A stretch of DNA of 64,000 nucleotides from an uncultured delta proteobacterium (GTDB lineage Bacteria; Myxococcota_A; Polyangia; Polyangiales; Polyangiaceae). Shown piece by piece: positions 1-11,133 of the stretch. Position 1 is the stretch's first letter, and each line of letters opens with the position of its first letter. Where the stretch lies: contig CAVQUB010000012.1 in the NCBI GenBank assembly GCA_963716725.1, positions 1 to 64,000 on the forward strand, given 5' to 3'. The notes beneath the pieces were generated by a model. That model was given only the letters and a program-made list of their open reading frames with translations. It had not been told where the DNA came from and searched no databases. The position numbers and the translations under genes are program-made.

Positions 1-813
1 CATCACCGTATTGCTCATGCGTGCAGCGCGATTGAGCGGGCGGCTTTGGAGCACCGAGGGCGTCAGCGGTGCGGGCAGCTTGGCGCGCCAGGCGTCGAAG
101 GTGAGGGGCGCGCCGGTGAAATGCTCGAACCACTTCTTGGCGAAGGCGACGTGCGCGGTTTCGTCGCGCTCGATCTGCTCCAAGATGAGTGCTCCGCCCT
201 CGTCTCCAGCCGCCCGGAAATACGCGGCGAAGCGCACCGTGTGGTCCAAGTTCGCGCCCTCCAGGCCGAGGCCCTGCAGTGAGACGAAAGCCGCCGGCTC
301 GGTGCACGCCGGCATCCGCTCCCAGAACCAGTCGCGCACGGGGTGTGACCCGTACTCCGTGCCGATGCCGCGCATGTGGTCGCGATACAATTTCATATGC
401 GCCAGCTCCTCTACGCAGAGCCGCGCCAGCCCAGAGCGAAACTCCCGCGGCGCCGCCGGGAACGCCAACAGGGCCCAGGCAAACAGCTCCGCCGCCTGCA
501 GCTCGTGGTGGGCGAAGAGATGAAGCAACTTGCCGCGGGCGTTCGCTTGCACCAGCGCAGCGGGACGCGGCGTCGACCCGCTGCGCGCGATGACGCGCAG
601 CTCTGGGGGACGGCCGGGCCTCGTCTCGGGTCGCGCCACGGGGTCGCGTTCCCACGTGGCTTCGTCAACGAGATCCGGCATCGGCGGTGGTTCGAGCTTG
701 GTCGCCAAGTTGGTGGTCGTGATCAGATCGAAGCACCAGCTCTCGATGGTGCCCGCTGGGGGACGCAGAGGAGTGACCTTCGGGGAGTTGGAGAAAGAGT
801 GCGCGTCGCTCAT
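1..813 (-). CDS. Ferritin-like DUF455 family protein (3' end runs off the window)
   Basis: Hand translation from ATG at 813 (not in the ORF track): LLHLFAHHELQAAE, EELAH, LEGANLD, DETAHVAFAKKWF di-iron-type motifs; no stop before position 1. Confidence 0.8.
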   Translation of the reverse strand, partial: MSDAHSFSNSPKVTPLRPPAGTIESWCFDLITTTNLATKLEPPPMPDLVDEATWERDPVARPETRPGRPPELRVIARSGSTPRPAALVQANARGKLLHLFAHHELQAAELFAWALLAFPAAPREFRSGLARLCVEELAHMKLYRDHMRGIGTEYGSHPVRDWFWERMPACTEPAAFVSLQGLGLEGANLDHTVRFAAYFRAAGDEGGALILEQIERDETAHVAFAKKWFEHFTGAPLTFDAWRAKLPAPLTPSVLQSRPLNRAARMSNTVM

Positions 814-840
814 GGCTTGCTCGAGTGGCCGGCCGCCGTG

Positions 841-1413
841 TCAGCCGTCGGCGGAGTCGCCGGCTTCGCCGTCGCCCGCATCGCTGTCGTCGGCGGAGTC
901 GGCGGCGTCGCTCCCGGCGTCGCTGCCACAGATGGGGGGCAGCGCCACGCACAGGCACTTGGGGCTGCACACGATGTCGCCCGGTTTGATCGCGTCATCC
1001 AAGCACCCGAAGCAGGCGAAGGGGTTGAAACAGAAACCAACCTGCAACGGTTGGCTGCTCTGAGCGGCGATCTCTTGCGGCGTGACGCAGTCCCCGAAGC
1101 CGCTGGCGCTGCCGCTGTCCGTCGCATCGGCGCCAGAGTCGAGCGGGGCGCCCCCGACCCCGCCGCCCCCGCCAAAGCCGCCCGCGCCACCCGACGCGCT
1201 CGAGCCGCCGCTGCCGCCGAAGCCCGACGTGCCGCCGCCGGCGGAGGAGCCACCGGTCCCGCCCTTGCTGCCGCTGCCGCCGCTGCCGCCGCCGCTCCCA
1301 CCCGCGCCCCCGGAGCCGCCATCGCCGTCGCCCGGTCCGAGATCCGTGGTGGATGTCGCGCAGCCGATGGAGCAGACGAAACCAAGCGCGAGCAGCGTGA
1401 CCCTCGACCGCAT
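841..1413 (-). CDS. Gly-rich linker, Cys-rich lipoprotein
   Basis: MRSRVTLLALGFVCSIGC lipobox-like signal, GGSGG linker, Cys cluster. Confidence 0.7.
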   Translation of the reverse strand: MRSRVTLLALGFVCSIGCATSTTDLGPGDGDGGSGGAGGSGGGSGGSGSKGGTGGSSAGGGTSGFGGSGGSSASGGAGGFGGGGGVGGAPLDSGADATDSGSASGFGDCVTPQEIAAQSSQPLQVGFCFNPFACFGCLDDAIKPGDIVCSPKCLCVALPPICGSDAGSDAADSADDSDAGDGEAGDSADG

Positions 1414-1577
1414 GTGCACATTCATAACACGCGGACGGGGGCCCTGGTGCCGGCCGTGGGCAAAACCGACGGTAAGGCGCCGGTCTTGACGAGGGGAGTC
1501 GCGCCCCGGAGCTCTGAGCGGCGGCGGACAAGGCGAGAGCGTTGACACATGGGCTTCGCCGGAGCCTGCTCCCCCGA

Positions 1578-2366
1578 GTGACAGCGCTCTGCATCGCTTC
1601 GTGGAACGTGAACGGCCTGCGTGCCTGCGCGAAGAAGGGTTTCCTAGCCTGGGTGAGCAGCACGAAGCCTGAGGTGATCGGGCTCCAAGAAGTCCGCGCC
1701 CTGCCCCAGGAGCTTCCCCAGGAGGTGCAAGCGATGAAGATGCACCGCCACTTCGCGCCGGCAGAGAAGCGGGGCTACAGCGGCGTGGCGCTCTTCTCCA
1801 AGCTCGCGCCGGATGGTGTCGAGACGGCGCTGGTCCGCCGATTCGACGTCGAGGGACGGATGATCCTGGCGCATTTCGGTGCGCTGACCGTGTGTTCGAC
1901 CTACGTGCCGAAAGGCAGCGGCACGGCCCGGGACAACAGCCGCATCCCCTACAAGCTCGCCTTCGATCGCGCACTTCGCAAGCGCTTGAACCTGCTGCGA
2001 GCCGAGGGACGCCGGGTGATCGTGATGGGCGATTTCAACACTGCCCACCAAGAGGTCGATCTGGCGCGACCCAAGCAGAACCAAGAAAATAGCGGTTTCC
2101 GGCCTGAAGAACGCCGGGCGTTTGGGCTGTGGATGCGCGACGGTTACGTCGACACCTTTCGCCACTTCGAGCCGTCCGGAGGTCACTACAGCTGGTGGAG
2201 TCAGCGCGGGGGCCTTCGGGAGAAGAACGTCGGCTGGCGCATCGACTACGTGCTCGCCTGTCCCGAAGCGATGCGCTTCGTGAAGCAGGCCTTCATCTCG
2301 TCGACAGTGCGGGGGAGCGATCATTGTCCCGTCGGCGTGCGGGTCGACCGCAAGATCCTGGGCTGA
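1578..2366 (+). CDS. xth: Exodeoxyribonuclease III / AP endonuclease
   Basis: SWNVNGLRA, LQE, GYSGVA, GDFNTAH, GWRIDY, SDHCP motifs; GTG start at 1578 is a guess. Confidence 0.95.
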   Translation: MTALCIASWNVNGLRACAKKGFLAWVSSTKPEVIGLQEVRALPQELPQEVQAMKMHRHFAPAEKRGYSGVALFSKLAPDGVETALVRRFDVEGRMILAHFGALTVCSTYVPKGSGTARDNSRIPYKLAFDRALRKRLNLLRAEGRRVIVMGDFNTAHQEVDLARPKQNQENSGFRPEERRAFGLWMRDGYVDTFRHFEPSGGHYSWWSQRGGLREKNVGWRIDYVLACPEAMRFVKQAFISSTVRGSDHCPVGVRVDRKILG

Positions 2367-2915
2367 TCACTCGTCTTCGAACTCGACCACGTGGCGCAAG
2401 AAGAGCTCGGAAAGGATGCCGAGCGCGTCCACCGGCGACATGCCCGACTGATCAATCAGCGCACGGAGCGGGGTCAGTCCGTCGACCCGCTCGAGCAACC
2501 CCGCCGCTCGCTCGTCACTCACTCGGTGTGTCAGCTCTTCATACTCCACCGAGAGCTGCGGCACTCGATCGAGCGTGCCCACCCGGGAGGTGTACAGCTT
2601 TCGGAGCTCGACCTCGCACATCTCGAGGCACTGCCAGGCGTCGTGGTGGCTCGGCTCCTGCGCAAGTATGCTCTGGGCGACGAGGCGTGCCCCTTCGTAG
2701 TCGTCGTGCTTCAGTCGATCGTACATCACGTGCAGGCGTCCGCCCTCGATGTCGTCTTCCGGGACGAAGCTGACGCGATCGCCTGCGTCCTCGCGCTCGG
2801 TCACCCGCGTCGGGGGCAAAGGGGGCGGGAGCGACGAGGGCGGGAGCGGCGGGGGGCGGGAGCTCGGGCGCTGGACCATCGAGGCATGTCTGTGCTCGGC
2901 GAGAAACGGCCGCAA
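2367..2915 (-). CDS. Hypothetical protein (Pro-rich N-terminus, possible winged-helix C-terminus)
   Basis: 182-aa ORF filling the gap, typical codon usage. Confidence 0.6.
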   Translation of the reverse strand: MRPFLAEHRHASMVQRPSSRPPPLPPSSLPPPLPPTRVTEREDAGDRVSFVPEDDIEGGRLHVMYDRLKHDDYEGARLVAQSILAQEPSHHDAWQCLEMCEVELRKLYTSRVGTLDRVPQLSVEYEELTHRVSDERAAGLLERVDGLTPLRALIDQSGMSPVDALGILSELFLRHVVEFEDE

Positions 2916-2987
2916 GTCCGGATCTCTTCGGCGGGCCGAGGGCGCGGTCGCAGATCTTGCCGAGGGCCTGGTAGCCTGGTGGACGGA

Positions 2988-3887
2988 ATGTGGACCCGCA
3001 ACCTACTCGGCGCTCTCTGGTTACCGGCGCTTCTTCTTGCCGGGCTGGCCTGCGACGACGCAGACCGTTGCAGGTCCGCGCCTGAGTGCGTGAAGCAGGG
3101 CAAGTGCGCCGTGACCGAGCGCGGTGCCTGTGGGGTCTCTTCCGATGGAGACTGCAAGGGCTCGGAGGCCTGCAAGCTCCATGGTCTGTGCAGCGCGACC
3201 TCGGGCGAGTGCAAGGCCACCGCGGACCTGGACTGCAAGGGCTCGGACGACTGCAAGTCCAAAGGCATGTGCGGTGCTCAGCAGGGGGCCTGCGTGAACA
3301 TCGAGACCAGCATCTCCGCGGAGTGCGCCAAGACCTGCGGGAGCGACGGGCTGTGCGCGTCTCGCGACGGCAAGTGTGCCGCGCTGTCACGGCTGCACTG
3401 CGCGGGGACGACCAGTGAAAAGCCGGACAAGGAGAGCCCGTGCGCGCGGCTCGGACACTGCACGGCAAAGGGCGGGCGCTGCGCCGCCGGCTCCGACAGC
3501 GAGTGCGCGGGGTCGGACTCGTGCAAGAAGGAAGTCCGCTGCGCTGCCAAAGACGGTCAGTGCGTCGCGAGCGCGGAGGGCTGCGCGAAATCCAGCGCCT
3601 GCGAGCGCGACGGACGCTGCGGCGAGCAGGCCGGGGCCTGCGCGGCGGTCTCGGGCGCGGACTGCCGGAAAGCGGCACGCTGCAAGCTCGAAGGCCTGTG
3701 CACCCTGAAGGACGGAGCCTGCGTCGTGGGCTCATCGGCAGACTGCGCACGGTCTTCGGTGTGCGCCCAGGTCAAGCGCTGTCTCTTCAAGGAAGGCGCC
3801 TGCGTGGCCAGCGGCGGTGGCAAGGGCGCCGCGACCGACGGCCCGCCCGACAAGACCCGAAAGACGACCATCGACGGCATTTGGTGA
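2988..3887 (+). CDS. Cys-rich tandem-repeat lipoprotein
   Basis: Signal LLLAGLAC, then about 10 repeats of roughly 25 aa (C..S..C...G.C....G.C). Confidence 0.8.
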   Translation: MWTRNLLGALWLPALLLAGLACDDADRCRSAPECVKQGKCAVTERGACGVSSDGDCKGSEACKLHGLCSATSGECKATADLDCKGSDDCKSKGMCGAQQGACVNIETSISAECAKTCGSDGLCASRDGKCAALSRLHCAGTTSEKPDKESPCARLGHCTAKGGRCAAGSDSECAGSDSCKKEVRCAAKDGQCVASAEGCAKSSACERDGRCGEQAGACAAVSGADCRKAARCKLEGLCTLKDGACVVGSSADCARSSVCAQVKRCLFKEGACVASGGGKGAATDGPPDKTRKTTIDGIW

Positions 3888-3942
3888 TGGCGCCGGCCAG
3901 ATCCGGGCGCTGGCGCGGCCCGTGCCGAAGCGCGGCGGGCCG

Positions 3943-4731
3943 TCACGGGTGGGTCGGCGAGGTGGTGGGCGCATCGTCGACGCCCAACTCTTCGCGGATG
4001 CGCCGATATGCGGCGGACAGCTCGCCGTGGTCGTCGCGGACTGCGGCGCGGAAGCGGTGCGGATCAGCGGCAGCGCTGCGCGAGAATTCGAAGACGCTCA
4101 AGAACGGCGCTTCGTCGCCGGCTTTCATCACGAAGTCTGCCTGGCCGGTTCGCCAGAGATCCTCAGACGCAGCCGCAGCGATCACGCGCTCCTCGAATCG
4201 AGTCTGAAACACCAGATAGCAGCGCGCGGCTTGCGTCATGGCCCGGGCGGCCGCCGCCAGGTAGCTCTCGACGCCGCCGCGCTCTTCAAAGCGGCAGGCA
4301 CGACGCTGAGCGTCTTCGGGAAGCACGCCGGTTCCCAGTGGAAAATACGGTGGCGACCCCGTCACCAGATCGTAGGAACCGTCGCCGAGACCCTCGTCAC
4401 GAAAGTCGGCGTGCCGGATTTCGAAGGTCGAGTCAGGTTGCGGAAGCTCGTCGATCGCTCGGCGTGCCATCAACACGGACTGGAGCTGCGCTTCGATGCC
4501 GTGCGCGACGCGCGGACGCAGCTTGTGGCTCAGCATCAGCAGCACGGAGCCGACGCCGCAGCCCAAATCGAGGTAGCGGTCGGGGCGCTCGCGCTGTCGG
4601 TGCGCGGCGTACCAGGCCGTGATCAAATCATCCGTGCTGGTGCGGTGACCGCCCGTTCGCTGGTACAGGTGCCAGTTCCCGATCAGGCGGTCTCGGCGCG
4701 CGTCCGTGGGCCAAGTCGCGTCGTCGTGCAT
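3943..4731 (-). CDS. SAM-dependent methyltransferase (TrmN6-like family)
   Basis: YLDLGCGVGS motif I, SPPY motif IV, CRFE. Confidence 0.85.
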   Translation of the reverse strand: MHDDATWPTDARRDRLIGNWHLYQRTGGHRTSTDDLITAWYAAHRQRERPDRYLDLGCGVGSVLLMLSHKLRPRVAHGIEAQLQSVLMARRAIDELPQPDSTFEIRHADFRDEGLGDGSYDLVTGSPPYFPLGTGVLPEDAQRRACRFEERGGVESYLAAAARAMTQAARCYLVFQTRFEERVIAAAASEDLWRTGQADFVMKAGDEAPFLSVFEFSRSAAADPHRFRAAVRDDHGELSAAYRRIREELGVDDAPTTSPTHP

Positions 4732-4743
4732 GGGCGCTGACCC

Positions 4744-5442
4744 TCAGGGCCCGGGCGAGGTCGACCACGTCACCTGGCAGTGGCCCGTCAAACAGGTCGC
4801 CTTCGCTTCCTTGGGGTAGGCGGGCGGCACGCACGGCGGGCAGGCGCCAGGACCCGCGCAGACCTCATTTTCAAGCTGCGCCTTGGTGCTGACGGCCACG
4901 AGCTCATCGCTTTGTCCAGCGCAGGACTCGCAGCAGCCCGTCCCGAAGCGCAGGCGACAGTCGGAGTCCGCGCTGCAGGCCGAGATGCTGTCCTTGCGGA
5001 GGTCGATGGCGGTGCATTTGTCGTTGCGACACACCGCCAGGTAGTTTGCGTGCTCGAACTCAATGCAATCGGGACAGGCGACTGGATCGGAGCAGTATTG
5101 GTTCTGCACGACGCCCAACGACTCGGTGGCGACCGGGATCCAGCCCGACAGCGGCGTCTCGACGCAGTAGCCGCCGCAGCAGTTGGTCGCGAATAGGGTG
5201 CATTCGGCGGGTCCCTTGCAGAGCTCCCAGTTGTAGACCGCGCCAGTGCCGCCGGTGCCGCCGAGGGCGCCCGTGCCGCCGAGGGCGCCCGTGCCGCCGC
5301 CGCCGACAGCGCCACCAGCGCCGGCGTTGCCCGTGCCGCCCACCGCGCCACCCCCGTCGGCGCCTCCGCCCTCACCCGTGGTGGAGCCGCCGCAGGCGAT
5401 TGCAGCCGAGAGACCTGAAGCGATCACGATGAGCCAGCGCAT
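4744..5442 (-). CDS. Cys-rich lipoprotein with Gly linker
   Basis: AAIAC lipobox; two internal C...C......CC repeats. Confidence 0.75.
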   Translation of the reverse strand: MRWLIVIASGLSAAIACGGSTTGEGGGADGGGAVGGTGNAGAGGAVGGGGTGALGGTGALGGTGGTGAVYNWELCKGPAECTLFATNCCGGYCVETPLSGWIPVATESLGVVQNQYCSDPVACPDCIEFEHANYLAVCRNDKCTAIDLRKDSISACSADSDCRLRFGTGCCESCAGQSDELVAVSTKAQLENEVCAGPGACPPCVPPAYPKEAKATCLTGHCQVTWSTSPGP

Positions 5443-5583
5443 GGGACCTCTCGGGGGAATGCGTGCAGGCTACCACGATCCACTCGTCGGACTACGCACG
5501 ACGTCGCCCCAGGGGTAACCTCGCGCCGGAGCGATCCCGTGATGACGAGGCAACCTTCTCCGGCCGAGATTGTCCAACGCTGC

Positions 5584-6594
5584 ATGTCTCGGCTGCGCTG
5601 GTTCATCGCATCGCTCTTGGTCACCGCTTGTGGCGCAGCGCCGCCGGCCGCAAAGCTGGACCAAGACCCCACGCTCGCCCTGGCTCGTCGGAAGAACGTC
5701 GAGCCACTTCCGAAGATAGTCTCGGAGCCCGCGGAGACACCGGGGAGTGCCGCGGTCGTGGCCGAACCCACCGCGAGTCAGCAGCCTCAGCCCGCTCCCG
5801 CCTCCGCCCCCGCTCACCAACCCCGGGACCTCGACCTGCGAGCAGCCGCCGCCGCGGCCGACGGCGGCGACCTGGGCCCCGCTCGGCGCCTGCGGGCCCA
5901 GCTTCAGCGCATCGACGCCGCGGCCACCTTGGAAGATCGCATGCTCGCCCACGCGCTGTCGGGCCGAGCTCACCTGGAGAGCCGTCAAGAGAAGCAAGCT
6001 CGTGCCGAGTACGAAAAGGTCCTCGTCGCCTGGGCCGACCCAGTCGCAGCGATGAAGGCCATCGCCGGGGAGGGGGAGCTGTCCGCGGATAGTCTGCGAC
6101 GCGCGGGACAGGCGCTCTCCGCAGCGGGCGAGGCGCTCTTCTTCCGCGCCGAACAGGAGCGCCGCGCAGCCGACGCACATCGGGCGCCCCGATACCGCGG
6201 GCCAGACACGGATGCCGGCGTGCAGGAGTTCATCCGGAAACAGGTCGCGCCTTGGGTCCAGCAACGCCGCGCGAAGATCGACCTGGCGCAACGCGCCTAC
6301 CAGAAGATCCTCGAACTCAGGCCGGTGCCGCCGCCCCGCTGGGTGGTCGCCGGCGCGGCGCAGGTGGCAGCGATGCTCGACGCCTTCGCCAACGAGCTGA
6401 CGAGCCTGCCCATGCCCCCGCAGATCCGCAAGGACCCGGAGCTCAAACGCGCGTACGAACAAGCCCTCAGCGACGCCTCGGCCCCCATGCGCGAGGCGGC
6501 CCGGACCGCGACCAGAACCTGCAAGGACCTCGCACGTCGCTTCGGAGTGCAGTCGAGCTACAGTCGCAAGTGCGGCGCTGAGTCGACGGAGTGA
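5584..6594 (+). CDS. Helical (TPR-like) lipoprotein
   Basis: LLVTAC lipobox, Ala-rich helical body. Confidence 0.65.
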   Translation: MSRLRWFIASLLVTACGAAPPAAKLDQDPTLALARRKNVEPLPKIVSEPAETPGSAAVVAEPTASQQPQPAPASAPAHQPRDLDLRAAAAAADGGDLGPARRLRAQLQRIDAAATLEDRMLAHALSGRAHLESRQEKQARAEYEKVLVAWADPVAAMKAIAGEGELSADSLRRAGQALSAAGEALFFRAEQERRAADAHRAPRYRGPDTDAGVQEFIRKQVAPWVQQRRAKIDLAQRAYQKILELRPVPPPRWVVAGAAQVAAMLDAFANELTSLPMPPQIRKDPELKRAYEQALSDASAPMREAARTATRTCKDLARRFGVQSSYSRKCGAESTE

Positions 6595-6618
6595 GCCCGG
6601 GGGAGTCGAGCAAAGTTC

Positions 6619-7248
6619 ATGGTCGTATGTTGGCTGCTGATGTTGGCGCTCGTGAGCGGGCTGCTGCTTGCTCACCGCAACGAGTGGCATCGCCTCGAGT
6701 GGCTGCTGAAGCCGGCGGCGGCGGCCACCTTCGTCACGGCGGGCTTCTTGGCCGGCGGGCTCGACACCACCTTCGGTCGCGTGATGCTGGCGGGGCTGGT
6801 GCTCGCAGCGGGGGGCGACGTGCTGTTGATCCCGAAGAACAAACGCGCGTTTCTCGCGGGCATCGGCGCTTTTCTGGCGGGGCATGTCGCCTACGCCATC
6901 GCGTTCACGCTGCGAGGTGTGGATCTGTCTGCTGCACTCGTCTGCCTCGGCGGGCTGGGGCTGATCGCGATCCCGGTTTTGCGTTGGCTCTGGCCCCACG
7001 TCGAACGCCCGATGCGCCTTCCCGTGGTCGCCTACGTGATCGTGATCACGGCGATGGTCGCGGCGGCCGCCGGTACCGCCCTGCGCACGGAGGCCTGGCT
7101 GCTCTTGGTGGGCGCAGCCGCGTTTTACCTGTCCGATCTCTCGGTCGCGCGCGATCGCTTCGTGGCCAGCGGATTCGGCAATCGACTCTGGGGCCTGCCC
7201 CTGTACTTCTTCGCGCAGATGCTGCTCGCATCTCAGGCCGGCCGCTAG
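6619..7248 (+). CDS. YhhN / lysoplasmalogenase family membrane protein
   Basis: LKP, GDVLL, FLAGH.AY, FYLSD motifs; multiple TM helices. Confidence 0.9.
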   Translation: MVVCWLLMLALVSGLLLAHRNEWHRLEWLLKPAAAATFVTAGFLAGGLDTTFGRVMLAGLVLAAGGDVLLIPKNKRAFLAGIGAFLAGHVAYAIAFTLRGVDLSAALVCLGGLGLIAIPVLRWLWPHVERPMRLPVVAYVIVITAMVAAAAGTALRTEAWLLLVGAAAFYLSDLSVARDRFVASGFGNRLWGLPLYFFAQMLLASQAGR

Positions 7249-7301
7249 CTCTCGTTCGGCGTTCTCGGCCGCGGGCAGCGCTTGGTGTGGCACGCCGACT
7301 G

Positions 7302-7601
7302 ATGCACACTGCGCATCGAGTGACCGACGGAGACGACAAGCGAAGCATCCTCGAACGCCGCGAGCGATTCCTACGCGCCAGCCTGGTCGGGTTGACGGCC
7401 GGCGTCTTGGTCACCGGGTGTGAGCCGAGCGGCGCCGTGTGTCACTCGGCTCGCATGAACTTGCCCCGCGCCGTCGTGAAGACCTTCGGCTGCGCCATGC
7501 CCGGCCCCTGTCTCTCGATCGGAGTCGCCCGCCCGCCGGCGTCGCCCTCTGCCGGCGCTGCGCCGGACGGACCCGCGCCGGACGGCGGCGAAGACACGTA
7601 G
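7302..7601 (+). CDS. Small secreted protein (ILERRERF...C...PCLS type)
   Basis: Basic N-region, hydrophobic stretch, LVTGC, PGPCLS. Confidence 0.55.
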   Translation: MHTAHRVTDGDDKRSILERRERFLRASLVGLTAGVLVTGCEPSGAVCHSARMNLPRAVVKTFGCAMPGPCLSIGVARPPASPSAGAAPDGPAPDGGEDT

Positions 7602-7639
7602 CAACGGGTTGGATGCGTCGAGGTGAGTGGACCTTCGCC

Positions 7640-8626
<987 letters not shown>

Positions 8627-8860
8627 TTCGCTGCTCCTTTTGTGGATCCGCATTCTCGAGGAGATCCGGCGCGCACGCTATGGCGCGCTCTGCACTTGTT
8701 TGGCCGGATCCTTCGATACCAAGGCAATCTGACTCCAGTGGACGGGCCCTGTCCCAGCTGCTACGAGCACCGCTGGAGTGATCGCTGGCGACCCGTCGGG
8801 CTTCGCAGCGAGCCTCCGATTGCAGAATGCCTCGCACTTGATGCTGAGGAACGGAGACTC

Positions 8861-11133
8861 ATGACCCGACACGGCGTGCTTTTACTAGCTATTTTTGCTG
8901 GCCCCTTGGGGCAGGGCTGCGGCGATTCCGACCAGGAACCCACTCTGGCCGCGGCTGCCGCCCTATGCGCGATCCCGCTGAGCGCAGATCTGGCTGCCCC
9001 CGACTGGGTGCGGGAGCGCACGGGGGTCGCGACTTATCGCTATCAGGCGCCGATCGAGACTCCTCGAGTGCAGCTGGACCTCCTCAACGACGCCGGTGAG
9101 GTCCTGGGCACCTTGGCCACGGAGCAGCTCTACGCGGACGCCACGTATTCGGACGGTTCGTTGCGGTCGGTCCTTCGCCAAGAAGGCCAACCCGACACGG
9201 TCCTGGTCACCACCGGTGTGATCCTGAAGAACGCATATCGAGTCGTCGCGCAGCTGGAACGGGAGGCAGCGAAGCTGGAGGTCCACGCTACCTTCGCACT
9301 GAAACCTTGCTTCGAAGGCAGCGAAGCCACGCCCAGCTGCGCCGGCACCCTGCCCCTGGCAGAATCCGCGTACACCCTGCCCTCCTGCGGTTTGCTCTTC
9401 GATGACGCTTTGCGTGCTTCGCAGGCGCCGCAGCTGGATGCGCTCGACTACCGAGTACCTGCCAAACAGCGGGCCTTGCACGTGCTGCTCGCTGGGAAGC
9501 TGACTTCAGCCCCAGAGATCGAGGCCTGGGCCAAGGACGCGCAGGTGGATTCGCTGCTTGGCAGCGACGCGGAGATCCTCTTGACCACCGTCTTTTCGGA
9601 CCGCAGCTGGTGGCGCGAGCTGGAGCGCCACGTCAGTCACTGTTTGGGGGAGGAGCCCGTCACGACCACCGGCGCGGGCAGCGAGACCACGGCACTTGAA
9701 GGCTTCGGTTCCATCCAACAGCCGCTGTGCAAAGGCTCCGCTGCGAAACCCGCGGCGGGGGACTGGGTTCAACCGGGCGCAGGCGGCGGCAAGGCCTCGA
9801 ATGACGCGGGGTTCTGGGGCAATCCCCACATCACCAGTCTCGATGGCGACAAGTTCAATTTCCAAGGGGCGGGCGAGTACGTGCTGCTGCGCAGCGACGG
9901 TGACCCAGCGCTGGAAGTGCAAGCACGCTTCGAGCCCATGGATACCTCCAGCTCGCTGTTGGCGTGCAAGAACGTCAGCGTGGGTACTGCAGTGGCGATC
10001 CGAGCTGGAGTCCAGCGCCTGACGATTGTCTCGCGACCTGCGTTTGCCGTGCGCCTGGACGGCGAACCGCTCGCCGTCGGCGCTGGCGTCAGCCTGGCGG
10101 ATGGCGCCGAGGTGATCATCTCGGCGGGAGTCGCGAGCTTGGATTGGCCGGACGGGCAGCACTTTCGCTTCAACCTCTCTGGCCGCAACGGTCGACTCGA
10201 GGTGCGCTTGCCCGCGACACGCATGAGCGCGGTGCGCGGTATGCTTGGACAATTCGATGGCGACCCGGAGAACGACCGCGTCACCGCGAGCGGGGAGGTG
10301 TTGCTGCCTCCGGTCGAGTTCGGGCCCCTTTACAACCACTTCGGCGAGTCCTGGCGCGTCACCGACGCAAACTCCCTGTTCGACTATGCGGCGGGAGAAG
10401 ACGCAAACACCTACGCAAAAGCGAATTTTCCCTCCGCGCTGGCCACGCTCGACGACATCCCCGTCGCCGAACGCAAACAAGCCCTGGCGGTTTGCGTGGC
10501 AGAAGGCATCTTCGACCCCGCGCACCAACTGGACTGCGTTCTGGATACGGTTTGCCTGGGTGAGGGCGCGGCAGCGGATGCGGCGTTCGTAGAGGGGCCG
10601 CGCTCGTCGACCTTGGCCGGCCCTGCAGGGTGTGGGCGGAAGGCGACGTGCGGACCGCGCTGCTGCTGGAGAGCATCGACCTCGAGGCGCTCGCGGCACC
10701 GGACGCCTGCGTCGCGTCGGAACCTCCGCTGGTGCGCGTGTTCGCCGAGTCCAGCGTCACCCTGTCCAGTCCGCTCGGGCTCGATGCGGCCGGGCCCGGC
10801 GTCGTAGACAGTTCGAAGGCCCCACCTAGCCCCCTCGCGAGCGGGACCAAAGTGCGCAGCTTCTTGCTGACCCGCCGCGCGGGCGAGCTCTCCGCACCCC
10901 TGGTCGGAAGGGTGCGCTTCGGAACGCCAATCCTCGGCGTCATCGTCGTGGACGAATCTTTGGACGACGCAACGAAGCAGCTCTCCGCAACCGGGGTGAC
11001 CTATGCCAACGGGGCCCGGGGTTTGGAGCCGGGGCAAGACCGAGTCGAGCTGGCCGCAGACGGTCGCACCGCAACCATCAAGATCGGCGGCAACGATGCC
11101 GACGTACTGCGCATCATCACGGAGGCGCCATGA
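8861..11133 (+). CDS. VWD-domain lipoprotein, apparent frameshift near 10625
   Basis: QGC lipobox-like signal; WGNPHITSLDG..F.FQGAGEY VWD; GMLGQFDGD; coding continues in frame 10630..11133 to an ATGA overlap with the next gene. Confidence 0.75.
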
